NCBI RefSeq assembly: GCF_001194135.2 | Contig: NC_068988.1 | Span: 4,047,249-4,111,248, forward strand | DNA length: 64,000 bases | DNA from: Octopus bimaculoides | Taxonomy: Eukaryota | Reading direction: 5' to 3' | Part shown: positions 53,405 to 64,000 of the stretch, one piece after another | Numbering within the stretch: position 1 is the stretch's first letter | How the letters are laid out: every line of letters starts with the position of its first letter | The notes under the pieces: model-generated | Seen by the model: only the letters and a program-made list of their open reading frames with translations | What the model was told of the DNA's origin: nothing | The model's database searches: none | Made by a program: the position numbers and the translations under genes

Positions 53405-54110
53405 TACATTCAAATCATCATCATCATTCTTAACCTCCATTTTTCCATGTTTGAACAGGTTGGACAGACTTTACTGAGGCAGATTTTTTACAGTTGGATG
53501 CCCTTCCTGTCACCAACCCTCACCAGTTTTCAGCCAAAGGTAATATTTCCGTCAGAGTTAATATTTCCCCCCTGGGCCAGACATGTTCTCTTGCAGAATA
53601 TTGGAAATGAATGACATTATCTGCATGAGAATGGCACTCCTTTAACTCTTCCGTTACTGTATTTATTTTGAGATGCTCTGTGTTTCTTTCAATTATTTTA
53701 AATATAACAAAGAATTTAGTAAAATAACTTAGTTATCATTCGGCTAGTGTTAGGAACATAAATTGTGACTAAGGTTTGGTGGAAGATTTTAATTCAAAAC
53801 TTATGAAAACAAGACATTTGTACCACAGAGCCAGAAGCAGTTTCAGCCGGGTTGGTAACGAAAGGGATAAAACTGTTGCACAATGTCGAGACAAGAAACA
53901 TAACCATACACACACACACACTACTGTATGCATGTGAGAGAGAGAGAGATGCAGGCTTCTCTCATATTTAGTCCAACATTCATTCACAAGGCTTTAGTTA
54001 GCCCAAGGTTATAGAGGAAAGCACATGTCTAAGGTGTCACTCAATGGGATTGAACTGAAAATCACACGGTTGGGAAGCAAACCTCTTAACCACATAGCTA
54101 CACTGACACC
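53405..54110 (-). mobile_element. Composite SINE (A head + microsatellite + RTE-like tail) interrupted by a piggyBac MITE
   Basis: Tail/body 53405-53641 (ggatgcccttcctgtcaccaaccctcacc) resumes at 53871 (aactgttgcacaatgtcgagacaag); head at 53950-54110. Confidence 0.72.
53646..53866 (-). mobile_element. piggyBac-type MITE, same family as 51583-51802, opposite orientation
   Basis: ttaa-ctcttccgttac...gtaacgaaaggg-ataa; interior is the reverse complement of the 51583 copy. Confidence 0.9.
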
Positions 54111-54175
54111 ACTTTTATANNNNNNNNNNTATGTATGTATACTTTATTTAAAAGCAGCAGAAATATAACAAAAAG

Positions 54176-54213
54176 CTGTTACTGAGAGTTTCACATTCCC
54201 GTTCATCGGACAG
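54176..54213 (-). ncRNA. Type I hammerhead ribozyme-like motif (U4C and stem II/III changes)
   Basis: cugu-CCGAUGA-acg ggaa ugu-GAAA-cu cuc ag-UA-acag. Confidence 0.55.
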
Positions 54214-54237
54214 TCTTGTTAAAAATGGGAGACAAAA

Positions 54238-54275
54238 CTGTTTGATGAACAGGAACGTGAAACTCTGAGTAACAG
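54238..54275 (+). ncRNA. Type I hammerhead ribozyme-like motif (C3U and one stem II change)
   Basis: cugu-UUGAUGA-aca ggaa cgu-GAAA-cu cug ag-UA-acag. Confidence 0.6.
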
Positions 54276-54669
54276 CTTTTTGCTACATTTCTGCTGCTTT
54301 TAAATAAAGCATATTACTCTACCTCTGGCATTTGAGTACTCTTTTTTCCACCTTGTTTCACATTTATGTGCTTACTTCGGTATATAGATAGATAGATACA
54401 CAGACAAATTGATAAATATAGATACACATGCACACACACACACACACACACATACACACAATCGTTTCTTTTTTGTCGTTTTTTAAGAGTAATTGATCAC
54501 ACTCTCTCTTACAATGTTTCCCAATTCTTCTTAAGAGAAAAAATGTTTTTACTTTACAAAACATTTCTGCCATTAGATGAGAGCCTAGAAGAAATTAAAT
54601 GATATTGTTAGACATTTGGCACCAGCAATTATGTAAAACTACTCTTGAGGCATTCAGTCTTAGTAATAT

Positions 54670-54885
54670 TGGTTTCAAATTTTGGCACAAGGCCAGCAAT
54701 TTCAGGGGAGTGAGTAAGTCAATTACATCAAACCTAGTTCTCAACTAGTATTTATTTTATCGATCCTAAATTGATGGAAGGCAAAGTTGACACTGGTGGA
54801 ATTTGAGCTCAGAATTTGTGGCAGGATGAAATGGCACTAACCATTTTGCCCAGCATGCTAGCGATTCTGCCAGCTCACTGCTGCC
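54670..54885 (-). mobile_element. SINE family B
   Basis: ttttggcacaaggccagc..gcaaagttgacactggtggaatttgagctcag..gcgattctgccagctcac. Confidence 0.78.
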
Positions 54886-55790
54886 CTCAATTTTACCATT
54901 ACAATAGAAATGGTTGGTTATACAAACAACCAAGATACAAATCTTGTTAGAGCCTCAATTTTTCAAACTAAATGCATTAGAGAAACCAAAGTTAACATAA
55001 ATCCTGGAAGCTAATAAACACTTCAGATAGCAACAGTGTTGCTTACAGACAATAAATAGTTCTTCGTTACAGTCACGTGACCATTGAAATTTAATTTTTG
55101 GATACAAAACCAATTCTGTTTTGAAAGTTTTCTTAAGAACGTTTTGTTAAATTAATCCAACTTGATATATGCTAAAACTAAGAAAATATAAATTATTTTA
55201 CAATATCTTTCTGAATTTCTTTTGATTTTCCTAATTAATGAAAAATTTAGGTAATGTATTACATTAAAAATCTGATGGTCAAAAACTGATAACAACCCTC
55301 CTGAGATTGTCTTTAGTCCTATGATATAAACTTCTTGTCTGAAAGTGATTTAATTAAAACCTGCCATCAAAGTTTTATATTAATTTATGTTCTGAATGCT
55401 GGCTTAATAATGACAAAATTATTTTACTGAAGTTTTCGTTATTTCTAATTAATTAATTCAAACAAAATGTAATGTATTTCAACAGAGATATAACGATGAA
55501 AGTGTGAAGCACCTTTGGCCACAGACAAAATTCAGCACATGTGACAAGACACAAATCAGAAAACATTAATTGTCCAATGGTATTGTTTCAGATGCCACAG
55601 ACTTTACCTAACAACTACAATTACAAAATTGGAAAATACAAAAACATTCATGAAAAAGCAACAACAAAAAAAAGCACAAGTTTGATGTAAGCTCTTGTAA
55701 GATACTTTTATCAGTTTAGTATTTTCCAACTTCAATAAACAAGTAACCAGCAACACACATCAATTTCTCTTGTACAATAACAATACTTAC

Positions 55791-55868
55791 ACTCCGTCGT
55801 ATCTGTACTAACGTCGAAAATACCCCCAATCATAAAAAGCCAACAAAACATGTTACTCAAAATGACGA
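55791..55868 (-). CDS. Candidate internal coding exon A (xVILSNMFCWLFMIGGIFDVSTDTTE)
   Basis: Acceptor ..ttcattgtttctatgttatcag and donor T|gtaagt; 78 nt; only one frame open; phase 1/1; several CpGs in a CpG-poor background; phase-compatible with exon B (T+TT = Phe). Confidence 0.5.
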
Positions 55869-56508
55869 CTGATAACATAGAAACAATGAATATGTATAAA
55901 CCATTCTAGTTATGAGCTGCTTAATAATAACAACTCATTATGTATTTCTTATTAATAATTCCTTGAAAAATGAATGTAAGAAATTCAAGATGACAGTAAA
56001 CAACTTAATATTTAAAGTTATATATTTAATCTATGTCTGAGAAGTAAGTAATATAACCAGGTTTTAGGAAGAAGAAAACAAACCTTCACTAAGTTTTTTA
56101 ACCATGTTTATGTTCATGTTTTCAATTATGTAGAGACATGTGTGTATCAACATTTATGCAAACAAGTAACAACATTCTATCCAGGAGAAATTAAGTTCTA
56201 CAGAAACAAGGGATAAACACTATCATCAGGCACACATACTCAGGGCATGCAGCAGGCATTGATAAAATATAAACCAAAAAAGCTTTTTCATGATCAGATA
56301 TTTAGTTAAACATGCACAAACACATGTATCTACATATAGATATTGTCCTTTTTATGTCAGCTTGAGTTGGATAATTTGACAAGAATCTGACAGCTCAGAA
56401 GGTTTTACCATGACCTAATGTCTCAGTTTTGGCAAGGTTTCTATGGCTTGATACCCTTCATAACACCTTCCACATTACAGTGTGTACTGGATGCTTTCAT
56501 GACACCAG

Positions 56509-56569
<61 letters not shown>

Positions 56570-56640
56570 NNNNNNNNNNNNNNNNNNNNNNNNNNNNNNN
56601 NNNNNNNNNNNNNNNNNNNNNNNNNNNNNNNNNNNNNNNN

Positions 56641-56686
<46 letters not shown>

Positions 56687-56825
56687 CAGCAGATGAGATC
56701 AAGAGATTCTTGATATAGAAGACGCTTTGTGGTGTTCAAATTATTCAAACTTAGACAACAATGTCATTACGAGGGGACCAATTCTGCAGGGTGAAGAGTG
56801 ACTATAAGTGGGCAGAGAAAATTAA

Positions 56826-56917
56826 AGAGGAGGAGGTTAAGTGTTACAAATCCAACAGTTATTTCTGGGGGCTCAGAGAAACAGCTGTTGGTCTTGTAAC
56901 ACCTTACCTCCTCCTCT
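56826..56917. other. ~92-nt imperfect hairpin (about 41-bp arms)
   Basis: agaggaggaggttaagtgttacaaatccaacagttatttct pairs with agagaaacagctgttggtcttgtaacaccttacctcctcctct. Confidence 0.85.
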
Positions 56918-57569
56918 ACATATATAAGTGCGTGTGTGTGTGTGTGTGTGTGTATAAGTAATCTAATTTAGTCAGCTGAACATCAACAATGACAACTACT
57001 AATAGGTTCCGTGTGAGGTTGTAATTGTCAATGTAGCTTAGAAACTCAGCAGCTAAGCTTACTTATTAATTCACGAAGCTATTCAAGGAATCAGCTCTCA
57101 GTTTAGTTCTACAACTATTAAGACAACACAAGATATTCACTAACATACAATTAGCAACATCAACTGAAGCTTTATATTTCTTGTGCTTTTAGTATTCTTG
57201 TGGCTGACAGTTAAACTGTATTACTTAATAACGTTAAAACCCCCCTTTTATTTCTCTTGTTTATATCTATGTAATATTCCCAAATGTGGAAATGGTTTAG
57301 ACACAGCAAAGATGTACAACATACACATCACTCATGAACTGTTTTGATCAGGAAAATATGTGATGCTTTGGCAATCACTAGAAGTCTTGCTTTCAATATG
57401 GCCTAAAGAGGCATTTCAGTATTTTGTGTATTGTTTAAAACAAAATATACAGAAGGATGCAACTATATAGGACAGCTTCTGGTGTTGATCTGCCTGTCAA
57501 GAGCTGAACTAAACAACTTAAGTTTCCTCCATGGTTGCAATTAGAATTCAAATTCAATATTGTTATTCT

Positions 57570-57970
57570 CTTTTATTCTTTCACTTGTTTCACTCATTGG
57601 ACTATGGCCATGCTGGGGCATCACCTTGAAGAATTTCAGTCTCATGAATTAATCCCAGTTAATTAATGAGACTGAAATTATATTTTTTAAGCCAGGTACT
57701 TATTCTACTTGTTCCTTTTGCTGAACCACTAAGTTACAGTTGGATGGTGGGGGTGAAACACTGACATGAAGGTACATGGATGCGTGCATGCACGCACGCA
57801 CACACACAAGCAGGCTTCTTTCAGTTTCTGTCTACCAAATCCACTCATAAGGATTTGGTTGGCTGAAGGATATAGTAGAAGACACTTGCCCATGGTGCAA
57901 TGCTGTGGGACTGAGCGTGGAACCATGTGGCTGGTAAGCAAGCTACTTACCACACAGCCATGACTGCACC
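57570..57970 (-). mobile_element. Composite SINE family A
   Basis: Same layout as 39165-39560. Confidence 0.8.
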
Positions 57971-57984
57971 CATGTTATATCTTA

Positions 57985-58063
57985 ATGTCGTCATCATTTT
58001 TTAATGTCTTCCTTCCATGCTTATATGAGTTAGATGGTTTGAGAGGAGCTGGCCTAATCAGAA

Positions 58064-58103
<40 letters not shown>

Positions 58104-58113
58104 NNNNNNNNNN

Positions 58114-58151
<38 letters not shown>

Positions 58152-58190
58152 GCACACACACATCATCATTTAACGTCCATTTTCCATGCT
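57985..58190 (-). mobile_element. Two RTE-tail fragments separated by (TA)n
   Basis: catcatttt..tccttccatgct and catcatcatttaacgtccatttccatgctgg. Confidence 0.7.
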
Positions 58191-58236
58191 GGTACATACA
58201 CACACAGACACATATATATACATGTGTGTGTGTGTA

Positions 58237-58845
58237 TAGTGAGTTGGTCAAAACATTTCTTCACTTTCTTAAGGGAAAATGTGACACAGGTTTTAAACAA
58301 AGTGCTTTATTCAATCAATGACACATGATGTTTAGTTTCTGTAACTTCTGACATCTTGCTCAAAGAATTTCCTGTTTTCCCTGGTGCAGAGCTCTTCCAG
58401 GTGAATTTTCACATTCTTCTTCAGATTTTGGGGTCTGTCCATTGAAGGAATTTTGAAACAGACCAAAACAGGTGAATATTTGAATTTGGAAAGTCAGCAA
58501 ATATGGTGGGAGTAGTAAAACTTCCCTGCAAAACTCCCAGTAATGTTTGCCACATCTGCCAAGAGTTGTACAGTCAGACATTGTCATAATGAACGACAAT
58601 GCCCTTACAATTAGCAAGTAGCTGATGCTTCTGGTGGATCGCTGGATTTAATTTGTCCAACTAGTCACAGTACACCTCTGAATTGATGGTCCTGTTCATA
58701 GGAAGGAGCTCATAAAAGACAACACCCTTCCAATCCCAACAAATTAAAAGCATAATCTTCTTTGGGTGGAGTCTTGCATTCAAAATTGTTTGTAGTGGTT
58801 TGCCATGCTTCCCTGTGATCATTTTTAAAGGCTGACTGACTGTTT
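58237..58845 (-). mobile_element. mariner (Mos1-like DD34D) transposase C-terminal half, pseudogenised
   Basis: ARLHPKKIMLLICWDWKGVVFYELLPMNRTINSEVYC.*LDKL..KGIVVHYDN.. matches the mariner LHPKK/WDxKG/HDNARPH region; stops and frameshifts. Confidence 0.88.
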
Positions 58846-58849
58846 TGTG

Positions 58850-59480
58850 GCTCTGTTATCAAACCTAAGTAATACATCAGTTCTCTGTCAATCAGTGAAT
58901 GAAGCACATTGAGTGTAGCTTCATATGATTGGTCTTTTGAGGTTGCAATCAATTTAGTGGGTTTTTTACCTTCTGCATATTTTCTGTCAGCATCTGGTTC
59001 TTGATGATGTGAGCTTCTCAAATGACCCAACCATGTTTCATGTACGATCTCACTATAGTCCTGTAAATATTTATATGCAGATAAGTTCATTTTATTGATC
59101 CAATAATTTTATTAGTTTTCTTGACTGCAACAATGGTTGACTTGTGGAACTTGGAATTTCTATTAACAACCACATCAATTTCTCCAAGTATAAGAATATT
59201 TTGAGGTGCTATGGCTTAGATCAAGTATTGAGTTTACCAAAATCTTTTAATATCTCTGTGCTCTCATTGTCATCCAGTTTTGAATATCTCAGAGCTAGCA
59301 TCGAAACATTTGTGCATTCATTTAATTAACAGCATAATGTCATTTATGAAGATAACGAATAAGATTGAACCTGTAGAGAAGACTACTATGCAATATCTGA
59401 CTGTCAATCAACTGATGCCTTCTTCCAACAAAGCGTTTACTGACCTTGTTATGAATATTCCATTCAGCCCAGAGCTTTTA
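58850..59480 (-). mobile_element. CR1-type LINE RT C-terminal fragment (decayed)
   Basis: LFVIFINDI..LKDFGKLNT*SKP*..AVKKTNKIIGSIK*TY..RTIVRSYMKHGWVI*..KPTKLIATSKDQSYE follows the CR1 RT motif order. Confidence 0.72.
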
Positions 59481-59569
59481 TAAATGTCTCAAGTGACAGA
59501 GTGAAGAAAAATGCTTTGTTGAATACATTGTATGTGTACAATATATACACATATATGTATATGTATGTA

Positions 59570-59600
<31 letters not shown>

Positions 59601-59825
59601 CTTATTAATATTTAGTAGAAGCAACAGAGTGACTCAAGGGCCGAGAGTTTCGTGCATTAGCACTTGTCAAAGTTATCATTCTGTTACTTATATATTAATA
59701 GAAAATATATATGTATACCCATATTTTGAGTTCTATCTTTGTATGTCTTCCTGACCATAAGCTTCCTATGACTGGTGTCTATATATATTTACACATACGC
59801 ACACATATATGCACATTCATACATG

Positions 59826-59855
59826 CACACACACACACACACACACATTGAGATG

Positions 59856-59891
<36 letters not shown>

Positions 59892-59935
59892 CATACATAC
59901 ATACATACATACATACATACATACATACATACATA
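59826..59935. repeat. (CA)n-(GATA)n-(CATA)n compound microsatellite
   Basis: Visible. Confidence 0.97.
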
Positions 59936-60045
59936 CAAAAATACCCTGTTGTTGATGTTGACATTCCAATGAAGGAGCCTTGGATCTAGGTTAGAAACCG
60001 GTTCTTTCTGTATTAGCAAGAAATCTTAAAATAAACTGAATAATG

Positions 60046-60120
<75 letters not shown>

Positions 60121-61554
60121 TACATACATATAGATACTTGCTTACAATTACATGTTGGATATTAGCTCCTCCACATTGAACAAGAGACATCAAGCTGACA
60201 CTTCTATACAATTTTCTTTTATTTCAACTGATTCTTTTTTATATCTAATCAATTCTTCTTGTTGTCACCTTCTTCTATAATAAAAAAAAAAACCAATGAA
60301 GGCTTTACATTTGCGTATTTGCTTTCAACGATTCAACACAAAAGTGCAAGAAAGAGAAAATATAATAGACTAAGAAACAAACATGAATAACATATAATAC
60401 TAATATTATATATACACATGCATGTGTTTGGATGTGTGTATATATATATCTGTGTATTCTTTATATATATATATATATATATATACATACACACACACCT
60501 GTGTGTCTATTTTATATATGATATGCATATGTGTGTGTGTTTATTAATCAGAAATTAATTGATTTTTAAATTAAACCAGCAGGAAAATACACACACACAC
60601 ACACACACAAAGACAATTTATTAGGAAAGATGAAAATGAAAATTAAATTATCAGGGAAAGGGAAAAGAAACAAGCAAAAGACAATAATTTAAAAAAAACA
60701 AGCTATTGAGCCAAAAAAATTGCTAAAGCTCAATATAACAAAAATAATTCTGATAAACGAAGAATTGGTAAAATTCTCTGGAGCATTTCAATAACGACCA
60801 AGAAGAAAGAAACGCTAAAATTGAATGCAACAGATGCCTTTCTAATGAAGAAGGAGAAACACAAAATATTATTGCATTTTCTTTATGCTCTCTTTGACAT
60901 TTTTGACAATTTAAAGAGTGAATGCCACGAAGATAACATTTTTATCTATTTATCTACAATAAATGAATGAAAGAAAGACATACAAAAATAAGTGATAGAC
61001 CATCTGGAGAAAATTGTTTTAACATTTATATTAATTCTGACTGATAATAATTATCAGCAATTGCATCTCATTATCATCAATAATTACATATATATATTTA
61101 CATATATATATATATATANNNNNNNNNNNNNNNNNNNNNNNNNNNNNNNNNNNNNNNNNNNNNNNNNNNNNNNNNNNNNNNNNNNNNNNNNNNNNNNNNN
61201 NNNNNNNNNNNNNNNNNNNNNNNNNNNNNNNNNNNNNNNNNNNNNNNNNNNNNNNNNNNNNNNNNNNNNNNNNNNNNNNNNNNNNNNNNNNNNNNNNNNN
61301 NNNNNNNNNNNNNNNNNNNNNNNNNNNNNNNNNNNNNNNNNNNNNNNNNNNNNNNNNNNNNNNNNNNNNNNNNNNNNNNNNNNNNNNNNNNNNNNNNNNN
61401 NNNNNNNNNNNNNNNNNNNNNNNNNNNNNNNNNNNNNNNNNNNNNNNNNNNNNNNNNNNNNNNNNNNNNNNNNNNNNNNNNNNNNNNNNNNNNNNNNNNN
61501 NNNNNNNNNNNNNNNNNNNNNNNNNNNNNNNNNNNNNNNNNNNNNNNNNNNNNN

Positions 61555-61597
<43 letters not shown>

Positions 61598-61609
61598 CTT
61601 TATTATTAA

Positions 61610-61733
61610 AACTGCATAGTAGCAATTTCTTTATGATGTTTTCGCTGCTTTAATAATAAAGCATATTACTCTACCTCCAGTATTTGAATACTGTTTTTTT
61701 GCACCTTGTTTCGCATTTATGTGCTTACTCTAG

Positions 61734-61735
<2 letters not shown>
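61610..61735 (+). mobile_element. Fragment of the 54142-54370 Penelope-like family, lacking the hammerhead
   Basis: gctgctttaataataaagcatattactctacctcc.gtatttga.tact.ttttt..caccttgtttc.catttatgtg is shared with 54293-54370. Confidence 0.75.
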
Positions 61736-61774
<39 letters not shown>

Positions 61775-61911
61775 GCGCGTGTGCGTGCCTGTGTGTGTGT
61801 GTGCATGCCTGTGTATGTGTGTGTGCATGCCTGTGTGTGTGTGCATGCCTGTGTGTGTGTAGGAAAAAGAGCTGACACAGGAAAAACAATGGTTATGTTA
61901 TGAACTTAATT

Positions 61912-61955
61912 AGCTTATAGCTGTTTCTGCCATGAGATGCTGAGGACTCATAGCT
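61912..61955 (-). ncRNA. Degenerate hammerhead-like motif (third family)
   Basis: agct-[ctg]ATGAG..gca-GAAA-cagcUAUA-agcu; related to 63346-63389. Confidence 0.35.
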
Positions 61956-62699
61956 GGGTTCCTGAATAACATCCTAGAGCTTCATGAGAGCCTCAAATAA
62001 GAATTGCAAAACTGCACATACATACATACTTACATACATACATACATATATGCATATATATACATATATATATATACGGATAGATAGATACATAGATATA
62101 ATTACATATAAAGCTGTATTTCAAATTAAAGCTTATGCAGGAGACTTTAAGGTTTAATTTCCAAACCTTGTTATAGGAATGTCCTTTGCAGGGTGCCTGC
62201 AAAGCATGTTCACTACTTGCAGCTACCAAGTGTCATCCAAGGTTTGTCCTCCAGGACAACTTATAACACTAAACCACTTTACGTGGCATGAGGAGGTTTC
62301 TTCTGCTCTATGGGGGGGCATTCAATTCCCTTACATCATCCCCCACCCTCTAGAGAGCAGTACAGAAGTAAGCTGAAATCATCGTTGTGCTAAATAAAGC
62401 TTCCAGTACACTCTGTCTTCCATATTAATCGTTTAGATTATATATATATATATATATATAAATATGTGGAGTGGATGTGAGAGATAGAGAGAGAAAGGGA
62501 GGGAGGGAGGGATACATGCATGCATAACTAAATATTTATATATATGTATGCACAAACATAGATTTATACATACATATGTATACACACACACAGACATTTA
62601 TTTGTTTGTGTGCATGTATAATGTTCAATGAGCATCTGTACAGATGCCTACATATTTCAAAGCGAGTGAATGGTTATATTAATCAATATTTCTATTAAA

Positions 62700-62920
62700 C
62701 TAAGGTGATGAGTTGGCGGAATCGTTAACACACCAAGTGAGATGCTTAGCGGTATTTCATCTATCTTTACGTTCTGAGTTCAAATTCTGCCGAGGTCGAC
62801 TTTGCCTTTTATCCTTTCGGGATCGATAAATTAAGTACCAGTTGAATACTGGCGTCTGTGTAATTGACTGCCCCACTCCCCAAAAATTTTGTGCCTTGTG
62901 CCTAGAGTAGAAAAGAATAT
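62700..62920 (+). mobile_element. SINE family B, well preserved
   Basis: aaggtgatgagttggcggaatcgtta..gagttcaaattctgccgaggtcgactttgcctt..cctttcgggatcgataaattaagtaccag..gccttgtgcctagagtagaaaag. Confidence 0.88.
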
Positions 62921-63345
62921 TTTTATATAACTATTCAAAAATTTGTATTCCTTTTTCTGTATTCCTTTTTCTTGTATTCCTTTTTATGATATGGATATAT
63001 GTATGTACACACATACAATATATTTAACGTTTGTATGTGTGTGTGCATGCATTTATTTTGTATCACATGTATATCCTATTTCATAGATTATGCCTCACAT
63101 TCTTTAAATCCCTTTCACTTTCTCTCTACCCTCTTTCCTCTCTCGCTTCTTGTCTCCACATCTCTCTCTTTTCTTCTTTCTCTTTATATACCTATTCATC
63201 TCTATCTATCTATCTATACACAACACACACACACATACCAACATATATAAGTATGTATAGACTGTGAACAGCTTCATAAAGAATTGCTGATCACTAAATT
63301 AAATAAATGACAAGAGAAGAAAAAATTGTGAAATGAACTTCATGG

Positions 63346-63389
63346 GCTTACAGCTGTTTCTGCTTATAAGATACAATGCACTCAGAGCT
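63346..63389 (-). ncRNA. Degenerate hammerhead-like motif (third family)
   Basis: gcu-CUGA[uga]G-ugc..gca-GAAA-CAGCUGUA-agc; palindromic stem III ACAGCUGU and GUA triplet intact; 3-nt core deletion. Confidence 0.42.
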
Positions 63390-63444
63390 GAAAGATTGTG
63401 TATCATGTTATCTATCACCTTAATTTTTTTTTTCTTTTTAATGG

Positions 63445-63510
63445 GTATCATCATCATCATCATCATCATTGAACATCCGTTTTTTTCATACTGGCACGGG
63501 ATGGACATGG
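63445..63510 (-). mobile_element. RTE tail fragment
   Basis: catcatcatcattgaacatccgttttttcatactggcacgggatggac. Confidence 0.7.
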
Positions 63511-64000
63511 GGATGTTTTCTATATATATAAACAATCTCCCAAATAATATTGCACTTCAGTTTTGAACATCTGACAATACTACATAGTGATACACAAGCA
63601 CTCCACTACAAGAGCATTGCATCTTATAGTAGAAACAGTTTTATGCTAACGAAGTTCATCACACGCCAGATTATTAATATCACTATGCTTAAGTGAAATA
63701 TTAACATATATATATATATATACACACACACAATTCACACACACAAAATGGAGACCACAGTCCTTCAGTATCCTCCCCAAAAGCCTGAGAGACCAGCATA
63801 GTAAAGATGTAGCAAAGCTAATGGCGGTGACCCAGCATTGATGCAGCTCTCAAGCTTCAGCTAGTTAAAGAGTTACACACACACTCACACACACATAGAT
63901 GCCTGTATATATGTACATGCACAAATATGCTAATGTAAATGTGTGTGTGTGCAAATAGAGAAAGAGAGAGAGAGACTAATAGAAGATATCATCGTGTTTC

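Larger units (their letters stand above)
54142..54370. mobile_element. Penelope-like terminal repeat as an inverted dimer, each arm with a hammerhead motif
   Basis: 54142-54214 is the reverse complement of 54237-54309 with a few mismatches; 54300-54370 matches 61640-61715. Confidence 0.75.

Noticed and set aside
60709-60970. Stop-free plus frame and strong minus-strand acceptor near 60842
   Set aside because: No start or donor, AT-rich low-information peptide, no recognisable homology.
789-63566. Dozens of ORFs rich in CVCV, IYIY, HTHT, poly-D/G/Y/S/L or X
   Set aside because: They are translations of microsatellites and N-gaps, not genes.

Overview
Eukaryotic, AT-rich, microsatellite-laden genomic DNA with several assembly N-gaps. 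The repeat families (RTE LINEs with (TGA)n tails, tRNA-headed SINEs, Penelope-type termini) point to a coleoid cephalopod, most likely Octopus; this is inference from repeat recognition, not a database hit. There is no prokaryotic content, CRISPR array, rRNA or genuine tRNA gene, and nearly all listed ORFs are translated microsatellites or chance ORFs. The window is mostly decayed mobile DNA: an R4/Dong-type RLE LINE split by a 1-kb TIR element, two RTE LINE pieces (one with a PHD finger inside the RT), CR1-type LINE relics, two Tc1/mariner transposase relics, piggyBac-, mariner- and hAT-like MITEs, and over 25 SINE copies or fragments. Two phase-compatible minus-strand candidate exons (55791-55868 and 41405-41492) suggest much of the window is intron of an unidentified gene. 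The most interesting signal is several short repeat families whose reconstructed consensus is a minimal type I hammerhead ribozyme (CUGANGA...GAAA with a short palindromic stem III), as known from Penelope-like elements. One family also has a tRNA-like Pol III head, and two loci are inverted (foldback) dimers. Every individual hammerhead copy here carries core mutations, so activity is only a hypothesis about the family consensus. All alignments, translations and counts were done by eye.
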